Assembly (NCBI RefSeq): GCF_001194135.2
Contig: NC_068981.1
Span: 127,122,126-127,162,270, forward strand
Length of the DNA stretch: 40,145 nucleotides
Reading direction: 5' to 3'
Source: Octopus bimaculoides
Taxonomy: Eukaryota
Part shown: positions 23,594 to 34,315 of the stretch, piece by piece
How the letters are laid out: the number at the start of each line of letters is the position of its first letter
Position numbering within the stretch: position 1 is the stretch's first letter
The notes under the pieces: model-generated
What the model was told of the DNA's origin: nothing
The model's input: only the letters and a program-made list of their open reading frames with translations
Database searches by the model: none
Program-made: the position numbers and the translations under genes

Positions 23594-24022
23594 ATCATCA
23601 TCATCATCATCATTTTAATGACCACTTTTCTATGCTTGCATGGGTTGAACAGAGTTTATTGAGGCAGATTTACTATGGCCAGATGTCCTTCTTGTTACCA
23701 ACCCTCACCTGTCTCCAAGCAAGGTAATATTTCCTCATAGACAGACATGTTCTTCTAGACTATTGGAAATGAATGACATAGTTTGTATGATTGTAACAAT
23801 TATTTTACAACTATCATGTGATGTCAAGACAAGGACTCTCTCTCTCTCTCTCTCTCTCTCTCACAGGAGGCTACTTTCAGTTCCCATCTACAAAATCCAC
23901 TCACGAGATATTGGTCAGCCTGAGGCTATGGTTGGAGACACTTGCTCAAGATGCCATGCAGTGGGATTGAACCTGAAATCTTGTGTTTGGGAAGCAAACT
24001 TCTCACCACACAGCTACACCTG
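23594..24022 (-). mobile_element. SINE with CORE-like head and (GAT)n tail
   Basis: Minus-strand head CAGGTGTAGCTGTGTGGTGAGAAGTTTGCTTCCC..GGTTCAATCCCACTGCATGGCATCTTGAGCAAGTGTC matches 28808; tail TCAACCCATGCAAGCATAGAAAAGTGG..AAATGATGATGAT matches the 15621-family tail. Confidence 0.8.
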
Positions 24023-24956
24023 AGTCTCAGTTGATTCACTTGAAATGTGCAGCCTATTGTTCTGCTTCTTTAAAAAAACCACACCTATGTATCATACACA
24101 AAACATCTGTTCTCTTCTGTTCACTGCAGTTAAGCAAGGTTAAGTCTAGTTATTATTTCCTTGGTGAGGTAGTTCTGAGGGTTTCTTTTTTTTTTCTCAA
24201 TAATTTGAACTTTTTAATACTTTTTAATGTTTTCTACTGGGGTCAATGTAATTGACTATCTGCCTCCCCCCAAAATGTCAGGCCTTGTGCCTATAGTAAA
24301 AAGAGTTATTTCATTCATAAAACAAGAATGAATTGAAGAATTTTGTTCTCTTATGTGGTTGATAACAAGGATGATGATGAAAATGAGGAGGATATCTGCA
24401 GAAGTTAAGTTACATACACACTCACACACATACACATATATATATATATATATAGTACATACATATATATTTAATACATACATATACAGACTTCAATACA
24501 TAACATTTTTTTTTCATCTTATCTGGAGAAAAGCCATTTGATGATAAATTGACATCTACTAAAATATTTCCACTATTTGCAAAATTTTTTCATCTTACAG
24601 CACACCAGTATTTGTTTAGATATTTGTTTGTTCGTCTATCCCCTACCTTCCTTCCACTTTTTTATTTATTTTTTCTTTGTTTGCTTCATTTTTATATTCC
24701 ACCATCCCCCTGCCCCCCATTTAGAAAACAAATACAATAACTTCCACCAACAATGAGTGCTAAGAAAGATGTGATGATTATCTTAAGGTATTTGCATACC
24801 ATGTCACTTTATCCTTACAGCTAGCACTAAATCCTAAATTTTTGATTGTACTCAGGTTCAACATAACTGATTCTTTATTCCACCTTTTTGTCAAATTCAT
24901 ATTGTGTTTATGCTTTTAAGAATATGTGGCTTATTGATTTGAATGTTGGATTTATG

Positions 24957-25318
24957 GGCGATCTTACGGTACAAGTCCTAAATATCGGCCTTTTCTGTAA
25001 AAAGTGTCTTCGGCGATCTTTACCAAAGATTGGCCTTTTCCGTAACACCCGCACGATCTTCACTATGGTGTTAGGGTTAGGGTTTTAGTGTCAGGGTTAG
25101 GATTAGGGACGGAATTCCCTAACTCAAACCCCAAAACCTTAACCCTAACCCTAAACCCTTCAAAATAAATTGCGCTCTGTATGTCTTTCGCTTTTATGAT
25201 GTCGTTTCCCCGTTTCTCTCCAACACTTTTTATGGAAAAGGCCGATCTTTGGTAAAGATCGCCGAAGACACTTTTTACAGAAAAGGCCAATATTTAGGAC
25301 TCATACCGTAAGATCGCC
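24957..25318. mobile_element. Long-TIR MITE (Merlin- or Mutator-like) with internal telomere-like repeats
   Basis: 85-bp TIRs (24957-25041; 25234-25318) with 4 mismatches, termini GGCG..CGCC, perfect 8-bp TSD GATTTATG (24949-56; 25319-26). Superfamily inferred from GG termini and 8-bp TSD. Confidence 0.9.
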
Positions 25319-26020
25319 GATTTATGATCAGAAGACTATGGGTTCTGATGTCCTCCTTGTTTTCATTGTCGTCCTCTTTATCCACACACAAGGATTGTAA
25401 TAAAATTCTTCTGTTCAATCTTGTTTTGTGAATGTGATCATTCTTTCTACTATAGTCACAAGGTCTGAAATTTTGAGGAGGCAGGGGTGATGTAATCGAT
25501 TACATTGCCTTCAGTGATCAACTGATAGTTATTTCATTGATCCTGAAAGGACGAAAGGCAAAGTCGACCTCAACATTGTGTTCTTGAGCAAGGCACTTCA
25601 TTTTCTGTTGCTCCAGTCTACTCAGCTGAAATGAGTACAAGCCTAGTGCTGCTACAGTACTTTCCTCCTGCAGCTATTACATCCTCTATATTCTTCTTGG
25701 TGGACGTTTAGAGGGTGTTCTTCTTGGTAGATGTTTGGAGGGCTGAGAGGGTGCCAATGTCAACTTAAGACTTTACAGATATCTAACATAAGGCATAGTA
25801 CACACTAAGTCATACTTGCTTGGGATTGATAGCTGTGGGTTTTTTATATGAAGATTTTTATAGGTTGTGGGTGTGCTTGTTGTTGTTTAGTTCTAGATCA
25901 ACCTCAGTCAAGTTATTATAATCAAAGGTGTTCCAGATCTGACCATCCAATCATTTTTTTCTTCCAATACATTGTTCATTGGGCTACATTATTGAATATG
26001 ATCTCCTTTTTTAAAATTAA

Positions 26021-26233
26021 CCCTTTAGCATTTAAATTGGCAACATCTGGCCAAATATTCTACCAGCTTTATGTTCAAAGTGGCCAGATCTGGCCTCTCA
26101 CTCCTCTTCTACAATGTCATTCTGAAAAAAATAAACTATCACATCATCAAAACCTTGAAGCTACAAGATAATGCATAATTAAAAGTGAATAAATAAGCAT
26201 TACGTTTGACAAAGTTATCTGAATCTTAGAGGG
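26021..26233 (+). mobile_element. piggyBac-type MITE, copy 2
   Basis: TTAA|CCCTTTAGCATT..GAATCTTAGAGGG|TTAA; same orientation as 19518. Confidence 0.82.
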
Positions 26234-26532
26234 TTAATGAAATGGGATTTGGTGGATATTTGGCTGCTATGGTTACTAGAAGGGCAAATGACTGAGGAAA
26301 GCAGTTATGGGCAAAGTGCAGCCTGTGGGACTTTCTGAATGGGACACCAAGGGAAAATTAACTCGAATATTTTTAACAGTGCAGAGCCTGCCTGATGATG
26401 AGTCGTGTCTCATGTAGCCAGCATCTTATAAAAGTTGTTTGTGCTAGATGTAAATGATAGGATAGTCACAACTTGGATATTTTTATTATAGGTCTGCAAC
26501 ATCAAGAAGCAAACTAACTACATCATCCAGAG

Positions 26533-26830
26533 CAGGGGTTTTCAAACTTTTTGACTTGCTGACCCCTTTATATTTCAGGCTTTACCTTAGGGACCCCCTT
26601 ATAAACACTTATGAAATTTATACATAAATATTTGCCTAAAATAACATATATTTTTACATTTATTTATTTAACAGTATTTAACAAATAGGTTTATTGTCAA
26701 TTAAAAGACTTCGATTAAACAAACATATATAAAATCAAATTGCCCATAAAAAGTAATTGTTGTCTACAGACCCCCTGTCTTGTCCTTGTGGACCCCCTGT
26801 GGTCCGCGGACCACAGTTTGAAAACCCCTG
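26533..26830 (-). mobile_element. hAT-type MITE, copy 2 (longer form)
   Basis: TIR CAGGGGTTTTCAAACT at both ends; perfect 8-bp TSD ATCCAGAG (26525-32; 26831-38); 20-bp palindrome CTGTGGTCCGCGGACCACAG near one end. Confidence 0.95.
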
Positions 26831-27414
26831 ATCCAGAGTACCTTCTTAGAATTAAGTAAATATGGACAAAACACAGTACTAATGACAAGATGCAAATTAC
26901 TAAACTCTGTACTGGTTGTTGCTAGTTTGTTACTTTGGTCATCCAAAGTACTTTGGTACACTTACCAAGTGCTTTCTACCTGGCTGGGATTTGCAACTAT
27001 GTTTAAGTAAATTCCTTGTAGCAACAAAATTACATCTAGTTGCGTCAGTAGCATAATACATCCTGTCAGCCAAGGTGACACAAGTAAATTCTATCTCTTG
27101 CACTGCACTGCCTCTGGGAATGGCACTGAAATCTCAGTAACCAAGCCTACCTATCTGCAGTAGGAATAGTGCAGTGCTTCTCCACCACCTCTAACAGTTC
27201 AACATTTTCTTATATATTAATTATTGCTGCTTTTCTTTCTTTTTTTCTCTGTGTTGATGCTTTTCTTATTACTAACCATTTGACTACGAGGGGAAAACAT
27301 TAAGTACTCTTTGTTAATCTCGTAGAGAGGGCAAGTCTTGCCTGAAGAACACTAGGAAATGCAGATAGCAGATGCTTAACTTCTCATAACAAAATTACAA
27401 ATGTAGTACCTTAA

Positions 27415-27632
27415 TCCTTTCACCATATTTCCACTGAACTATACTGCCTCTATTTAAATAAACTTTCATAATAATAAAGAATTTAGTAAAATAACCTTGT
27501 CGTTGTTAAGCTGATATTTGGAACCCAACTTAGCATGAAATTTTAATGAAAGATTTTAATTAGATCACTTTAAGACCTGAAGTTTGGATTGTACAACAAA
27601 GTGCAGTCTCAGGCAGGTTGATATCAAAATAG
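27415..27632 (+). mobile_element. Degenerate TTAA-flanked MITE (piggyBac-like, different family)
   Basis: TTAA|TCCTTT..ATCAAAATAG|TTAA; ends weakly complementary. Confidence 0.35.
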
Positions 27633-27765
27633 TTAACACTATTATGCACTTCAACCTGTACAACTCAGAGAGTTGATATCTAATTCAACATTTCCCTGAA
27701 GTATATTTTCTCGTTTTATTTTTGTTTTTTAATTATCCAACTATTTGTATTTGTGTATCTTGCAG

Positions 27766-27879
27766 AATTGTTTGGCAATCAAATGGCTGGTTAAAGTATT
27801 GGTGGCTCATATTTCATCACTGTGCAGCATTGAGTCCAGTGCTCAGATATTTAGTCTCACTGGCTGAGTTCCTTTACAT
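27766..27879 (+). CDS. Candidate internal exon B (phase 2-2): IVWQSNGWLKYWWLIFHHCAALSPVLRYLVSLAEFLY(I)
   Basis: Strong acceptor TTTGTATTTGTGTATCTTGCAG, weak donor AT|GTAAAA, 114 nt, phase-compatible with exons A and C. Confidence 0.48.
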
Positions 27880-28038
27880 GTAAAAGGTTCCATATTAAAA
27901 CATAACTAAGAAGCTCACAGTTTATTTTGCATTGTTTTCCTTTTTCTGCTTTTAAATCTTTTGGTTTAAGATAAGTAAGAAGAAATGAAGAAGTTATCTT
28001 CAGCCAAAAAGCACCTGATCCAAATACATGCTTTCTCT

Positions 28039-28186
28039 AGTGTGATTGGCATTAGGAAGGGCATCCAGCTGTAGAAAGCAAGCCAAAACAGACTATGAAA
28101 CCTGGTTTAGCCCCTGGCTTTGCCAGTTCCTGTCAAGCCATCCAACCCATGCCAGCATGGAAAGCGGACGTTAAATGTTGATGATG
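28039..28186 (+). mobile_element. (GAT)n-tailed retroposon 3' fragment
   Basis: TTGGCATTAGGAAGGGCATCCAGCTGTAGAAA..CCATCCAACCCATGCCAGCATGGAAAGCGGACGTTAAATG. Confidence 0.8.
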
Positions 28187-28351
28187 CTAAGTGATTTCTG
28201 CTAAAAATTGGACAACAGATTAAGTCTGCTATCCCAAAAGAAGAATGGTCCTTCCAACAGGTTTCTGCACAGTTTCCAGCTACCAAATTTCATTCACATG
28301 GTTTGGTTAATCCAAAGCTTCAGGAAGAAACTTCCATTTCATGCCTTACAG

Positions 28352-28464
28352 TGGAATAGATCCTGAAACAATACAACTACTAAGCAAACTTCCTTATCAT
28401 ACAGCCATACCTGCACCTGTTGTCCATATATGTGACAGAAAACCGACTTTTGTAGGAGAAGATG
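28352..28464 (+). CDS. Candidate internal exon C (phase 2-1): GIDPETIQLLSKLPYHTAIPAPVVHICDRKPTFVGED
   Basis: Acceptor CTTCCATTTCATGCCTTACAG, donor ATG|GTATAT, single open frame, compatible with exons B and D. Confidence 0.55.
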
Positions 28465-28807
28465 GTATATTACTGGTATTTATATCAACCTTAGAGAAAG
28501 TAGATGCAAAGTTGACCTTGGTGAAATTTGTGCTGAGAAGATAAAATGAATCAAACTAGATAATAGAAGGATTTTGTCTGGTGCCTGCCCATTTCTGTCA
28601 AATGACTACATTTCAGTTCAGTGACAGTGTAATTGACAAGATTTTGCTCACTTGTAATACAGAAATATATGTCCCTCATTCAGCTGCACTTTAAAATTTT
28701 GTTTTTCTCTTTTTTTTTTTTTGCACCTTGATTCTTTTGTGTAATTTACTTGGTCAGCACCCAGCCTTAAGTTGGAGACACGAATGCCCTTGTGATGTTT
28801 TGTTGAC

Positions 28808-29296
28808 TGGCATGGCTGTGTAGTAAGAAGTTTGCTTCCTAACACATGGTTCTAGGTTCAGTCCCACTGCATGGCACCTTGGGTAAGTGTCTTCTACTAT
28901 ATGAGGGGGTGCTGAAAAGTTCCTGGCATTAAGTAAATGAAAATACAGGAGGATCAGTTAATTACATTTTTAATCAACATATTCCCCTCTCAGATTCACC
29001 CACTTATTGCAGCAGTCCTTCAGTTTTCCTAAAACCTGTAAAAGAACTTGGAAGGTTGGGCCTCCAACCATGCCTTTTGTGATACCCTAAAAGCCAGGAA
29101 CTTTTCATGACCACCTCATGGCTTTGAACCTACCAAAGCCTCATGAGTGGATTTGGTAGATGGAAATTGAAAGCCCATCATGTGTATGTGTCCCACCACT
29201 GCTTGACAATGAGTGTTGGTGTGTTTATATACCTGTAACTTAACGGTTTGGCAAAAGATACCAATAGAATAAGTACCAGGCTTTACAAAAAATGTC
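28808..29296 (+). mobile_element. SINE (CORE-like head family) split by a nested MITE
   Basis: Head 28808-28901 (GGTTCAGTCCCACTG..CCTTGGGTAAGTGTCTTCTACTATA); continuation 29119-29296 aligns with the 10903-11186 copy. Confidence 0.85.
28902..29118. mobile_element. Mariner-type MITE inserted at TA inside the SINE
   Basis: TIRs TGAGGGGGTGCTGAAAAGTTCCTGGC and GCCAGGAACTTTTCATGACCACCTCA; TA on the left, TG (mutated TA) on the right. Confidence 0.85.
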
Positions 29297-29987
29297 CTAT
29301 TATGGGAAAATTTTTCATATTGTCTCTCTTGCTTCCCTGGTTATTAAGCTCATAATTATTTTTCCTCCATCTCAAGTATAATTTTAATTAATTAAAAACT
29401 TTTTTGGCTCATTACATTAAGTATTTTAGCACCAGCCTTACTATGAGACATTGAGAATTTACTTGTATTCACTCTGAAATGCTTCTTTGGGTTGGTTGTC
29501 TTATATCACATCCATATAGCAAGTATAATTCTATTGTTGTGGAGGATATTCATAATATACTGTCACAGACAATTCATTATATCTCTGGATAAGATAACTG
29601 ACCCTTCTTAATTCAGTTCTCTTAACTGTCAAAATTAGTACTGGAATTTTCTGAGAAAAGGTCACCAATCAAAAGATAGCATTATGTTGGCATATTTCAT
29701 CTGTGTCGTTATTGTATTATAAAATTCTATTAGATACACATGCAATTGAAGAGTATACATTATACAAATTTTTTTTTTTTAAATTTTGATTTTCTTTTTT
29801 AAACTTCATCTGGGTCATAGTGATATAACATCCAACAATAGTCAACTATCATGCCTTTATTCTAAAATCCCTGGTATCATGTTTCCATTGCATGCATATC
29901 TTGAAGAAATTATTCTCTTTGCTCATTGCTTGCTGCACCAAGATTTGCTGGAAAGAAGACTAGATAAGAATGTGGGAAGTATATTTT

Positions 29988-30548
29988 TGTTGTGTCGACA
30001 CTCCCAGGCAAAGAAGTAAGATCTCCCAAGACATATAAATAGAGGTAGTCTGGCCATGGTAGGAATGTTGAGTAGCAGTCGAGTAGCTGTTGAGTAGCAG
30101 TCGTGTGGTGGTTGAGTAGAGATCATCCGAAGGTGCTAGATAGCAGTAGCTTGAGACATAACAGTGGCGATGAGGATGAGATGGATATATGGTATGATTT
30201 GTTCGAGGTCCCAGAACCACAAGCGAAAGTGGAACCGACACGTAGGTCGAGTAGGAAGAGAAAGCCTACAGAAATGATGGAAATAAATGCTAAGAGAAAA
30301 AGATATGCCAGTTTCTCACTGAGGAAATAAAATTGATAAATTCGTTTTTTTTTTTTTTTTTTTTTTTTTTTTGAAGAGAAAAAAAAAACTCAAAAGGGGG
30401 AGGTGGTTGTGTCAACACCCCCAGGCAAAGAAGTAGGATCTCTCAAGACATATAAATAGCGGTAGTCTGGCTGTGGTATGAGTGTTGAGTAGCAGTTGCA
30501 TAGCGGTTGAGTAGAGATCATCCGAAGGTGCTAGATAGCAGTAGAACA
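29988..30548 (+). mobile_element. Miniature LTR retrotransposon (TRIM-like, probable Gypsy deletion derivative)
   Basis: Direct repeats 29988-30163 and 30404-30548; LTR1 termini TGTTGTGT..ACATAACA; TATAAATA in each; PBS TGGCGATGAGGATGAGAT at 30165-82; PPT AAAAGGGGGAGG at 30392-30403. Confidence 0.85.
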
Positions 30549-31305
30549 TTTAACAGCCCATTTCTGTATAAGCATCAATCAGAATCCACCTCTGTTTGCA
30601 ATGAATTTATTATTCATCTGTAAGGTTTTGTATAACCAGTTAATGAGAAATTATTCACACTCAATATCTTTTAAAACTTTTCTGATTTGACATCACAAAA
30701 AATTTCTTCCTTTAACTTAGTCACATTTTCATTTGGGAAATTTTGAGGATACTGAAATCCTCTCAAACTGACTTTAATCATTATTTTAACAAAATTTTCA
30801 TTAAACCAAGCTTAATATGGAGAAGTTGTAGAAATATCTTCTTAGGATCAACATAAGGGACAAATTTTATTCCCTTATTCCCTACACTTTTATTCAAATT
30901 TTATACAAATTTTATTCCTTTATTCCCTTATTCCCTACACTACTTATTCCCTTAGGACATGTGTTTATTTTAGAGGCCAGTTGTGTTTTTATAATTGCCT
31001 GTGGTAATACAGATGTCTCATAGCTATAAGAAATAACATTTTATAAATCTTGTATGTCCATTAGCTTGCCAATAACTTTGAGATCCCTATGGAAATTCCA
31101 TTGGTGAACAGGTTATTGAATGTGAGGATTCCACAAATTTACATTGCTGTTATGTAGCAGAACTGCTTTCATGGTTCTTGGTGCAGATCATATGTTCATA
31201 AAATTCCTTATGTTTAGAAGTGAGAAAGGAAAGTAACTCATTTTTGACTTCTGCAAGTCTATGATATAGTGTGTGTGTCAAATGATACAAGAGGTGGCGG
31301 GGGTC

Positions 31306-31896
31306 TTAGAGGATTTTGTGTTGGGGTTTTTTACACAGGTAGACAAAGGAACATTTTTTGGCCGATAGGTGGGTGATATTGCAATTTGGCACGAAAAGTT
31401 TGGGAGACACTGACTTAACATTATAGTAAAGTATCCCTTTTTCATCTCTAGTAATGACTCTATTCAAAAAAAGGCATTTGCAGCTCATGAGATCGCAATG
31501 ATGCTCAGCAGTCAACATGTTGTTTGCAGAGAGATCATGTGGGTCCCATTTTCCAACCTTTGACACTTTACCAAACCTTTTCAATTCATGATGAATGGTG
31601 GTATGGCTCACTTTGAAGCCCATGCTTATTTCCTGAACTGTAACAGTTACATTTGATTCAACAGTGGTTTCTAATGCATCAAGATCCAACCCTTTTGTGC
31701 ACCCTTCTCTTGATTCATCCTGCAGGCTGTAGTCCCTATTTCTGAAACATGAAAACCATCTTCTGCATGTTCTTTCAGTCACTATGCCACTACCATAAGT
31801 GTTTTGGAGTGATTTTGCTGCTACAATTGCACTCTTCCCTTTTTGAAATTCACAAAGAATAATGTGATGAATATGTTCTTTCCTTACAGTGAACAT
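31306..31896 (-). pseudogene. Mos1/Hsmar-like mariner transposase, truncated and degenerate
   Basis: KEHIHHIILCEFQKG..TERTCRRWF..LQDESREG (HTH), WDPHDL (WVPHEL linker), ITRDEKG (first catalytic motif ITGDEKW, damaged). Similarity stops near 31415. Confidence 0.88.
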
Positions 31897-32049
31897 GGAA
31901 CCAATACCAAAACTTCAATTGTGATAAAATTGACAAAATCTGAAAGAAAATGGTATATTAATGATTTTGTCATGTTTCAAGTAGAAACAAGAAGTTTAAA
32001 CACCCTTAAATCTAACTAGTTATTTACTTAAAATATATATATATATATA

Positions 32050-32423
32050 GCACCATTTAAGCATGACCGTTACCAACATCGCCTTCCTGGCACTTGTGTC
32101 AGTGGGATGTGAAAAGACATTCAAGCGAGTTCGTTGCCAGTGCCGCTGGACTGGCTCCTGGGCAGGTGGCATGTAAAATACACCATTTCGAACGTGGCTG
32201 TTGCCAGTACCCCATGACTGGCCTTTGTGCCAGTGGCACGTAAAAACACCCACTACACTCTCTGAGTGGTTGGCGTTAGGAAGGGCATCCAGCTGTAGAA
32301 ACTCTGCCAAATCAGATTGGAGCCTGGTGTAGCCATCTGGTTTTCACCAGTCCTCAGTCAAATCGTCCAACCCATGCTAGCATGGAAAGCAGACGTTAAA
32401 CGATGATGATGATGATGATGATG
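32050..32423 (+). mobile_element. (GAT)n-tailed retroposon with tandem hairpin modules; same family as 15621
   Basis: Near-identical 3' 190 bp; three upstream modules; tail runs into an N gap. Confidence 0.85.
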
Positions 32424-32433
32424 NNNNNNNNNN

Positions 32434-32486
<53 letters not shown>

Positions 32487-32676
32487 GTATGTATATATAT
32501 ATAAACAGACAGGACTTTCATTACCATCTGATATAAGTTTGAATAGATAGCATTGTGCTAGTTGTTAACAGAAAACTCAGTTATGATGAGTTATGATTAT
32601 TTTTTTCTCTTTCTTCTTTCCATATCATGGATATGATACATGGCATTGAGCATCCTTTTTTCATCCAATCATGTAG

Positions 32677-32747
32677 CTGATTTTAACAAGCAGAGCAAAT
32701 TTGATGTGCCCACTTGCATGTTTTGGTTAATTTATATGACAAGAAAG
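32677..32747 (+). CDS. Candidate internal exon D (phase 1-0): ADFNKQSKFDVPTCMFWLIYMTRK
   Basis: Acceptor CCTTTTTTCATCCAATCATGTAG, strong donor AAG|GTAAAT, only the phase-1 frame is open, matching the end of exon C. Confidence 0.52.
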
Positions 32748-33477
32748 GTAAATTTGATATATCTTTATAAGATCGGCTGTAGAAGTTCATCATTGTGTTG
32801 TAGTTGTAAAAGTACCATAAACATTGCAGAAACGGTCAGGCAAATTTTTACATTCACAAAGCATGCTGGTTAAATGGCAATGATCTAAGAAAATATGCTG
32901 TGAAATACAAAGTATTTCAAATATAATTATAAAAAAATAATTGGCCTCATCTCAAGACTATAAATGCTACAGAAAAACCAAAGATGGTTAGAAATCAGCT
33001 GCAACAAAGCTTTGAAAATTCTCTGTTAATTATGTTATCTGTTCATCTGTGAATATAAAATGACTAAATGGATTAGATCTTAAGCTATTTGCTCACAGGT
33101 CTTTGGCTCAAATTTTTGCACATATATCATTGTGTTTTGGAAAATAACACTTTAGTCTTTAGTTTTTATTGTTTTGGTTCATGTTGCTATTGGAACAGGT
33201 ACCAAACTATTTGTGAATCTTACCTGTTATGGACTGGCATCCTCTTAAGTAGAGATTTCTTTCATCCACTTGATGCCATGAAATTGGAATTAAACATTGG
33301 TTATTTGGGTTTTCACATCATCCCAAATGCCTGATACTGAAGCTGTTCTGTGGCCAACATGTACTACAACCTATTAAATCATTATTTCAGGAAGTTTAAT
33401 TGAAAGAGTTTTGACCTACAAGATGAAGAACTAATGGTTATTGTCCACAGTTAAGAAACTTAACCTAACTAATAGAC

Positions 33478-33560
33478 ACAGGCATGGCAATATGGTAAGA
33501 AGCTTGCTTCCCAACCACATGGTTCCAGGTTCAGTTCCACTGAATGGCTTTGGAGCAAGT
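33478..33560 (+). mobile_element. SINE head fragment (CORE-like family)
   Basis: CAGGCATGGCAATATGGTAAGAAGCTTGCTTCCCAACCACATGGTTCCAGGTTCAGTTCCACTG, homologous to 28808. Confidence 0.75.
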
Positions 33561-33570
33561 AGTTAGGATG

Positions 33571-34036
33571 TTACAGTGTCTCCTCACATGATTTCCTATG
33601 GAAGTCTTGTCTCACAGCCCTAGAAACGGTCATTTTACTGATTCCTCGATCTTGAGCCAACTTTGCCATTGACTTTGATGGATTCAACTTAATCGATCTT
33701 TCAAGTCCTATTAAGAAGCAAAGTGTGTGTTTTTGGTCACTACGAGTACTATGAGGCTTTCCATGAACATCCCGACTTTTCTTGAAATTGGTTACAACTC
33801 TAAAAACAATAGATTTGGCAACAATCTCCGTAGCACTTTTGCCAGCACGGAATAATTCGGCAGTAACACTTCCATGGTTTAATTCCTTATTAACATTCAG
33901 TTTGTTCAAACTGAAATACAAAATAGTACAAATGATTATTCAAGATGGTAATATTTAGAATTTAGACTCCAACAAAATCTATACAATTAGAAATATGCCC
34001 ATTTGAAACTTGTCCCAATTTACCTGTTACACCCTA
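33571..34036 (-). mobile_element. Tc1/mariner-superfamily (maT/DD37D-like) 5' remnant with HTH fragment
   Basis: Minus strand starts TA-TAGGGTGTAACAGGTAAATTGGGAC (CAGGGTG-type terminus); ORF with ELFRAGKSATEIV..RSIKLNPSKSMAKLAQDRGISKMTVSRAVRQD. Subfamily inferred. Confidence 0.7.
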
Positions 34037-34185
34037 TATATATTTATATATATAAAGGTATTGCAAATTTTAGAGGTAATACTTGATAATTGTAAGCACC
34101 TGTATATGCCAGATAGTGGCCGAGGTGAGAGAATAAATTAAAAAATTAAAATTAATTAATTTTATGTTTTAATTTTACGTTTTTA

Positions 34186-34190
<5 letters not shown>

Positions 34191-34228
<38 letters not shown>

Positions 34229-34254
34229 CATACATACATACATACATACATACA

Positions 34255-34310
<56 letters not shown>
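34191..34310 (+). repeat. Compound (TA)n(TACA)n(TG)n microsatellite
   Basis: Directly visible. Confidence 0.97.

Positions 34311-34315
<5 letters not shown>

Noticed and set aside
25071-25159. Ancient telomere-telomere chromosome fusion site
   Set aside because: Only a few degenerate units, enclosed within TIRs and a perfect TSD, so they arrived with a transposon.
31306-31896. Domesticated SETMAR-like transposase fusion with the host gene
   Set aside because: Antisense to the candidate gene, key motifs damaged (WDPHDL, RDEKG), and truncated before the rest of the catalytic triad.
33089-33334. ORF/exon GLWLKFLHIYHC.. after acceptor TTGCTCACAG
   Set aside because: Its open frame needs a phase-1 start, but exon D ends in phase 0 and no bridging exon was found.
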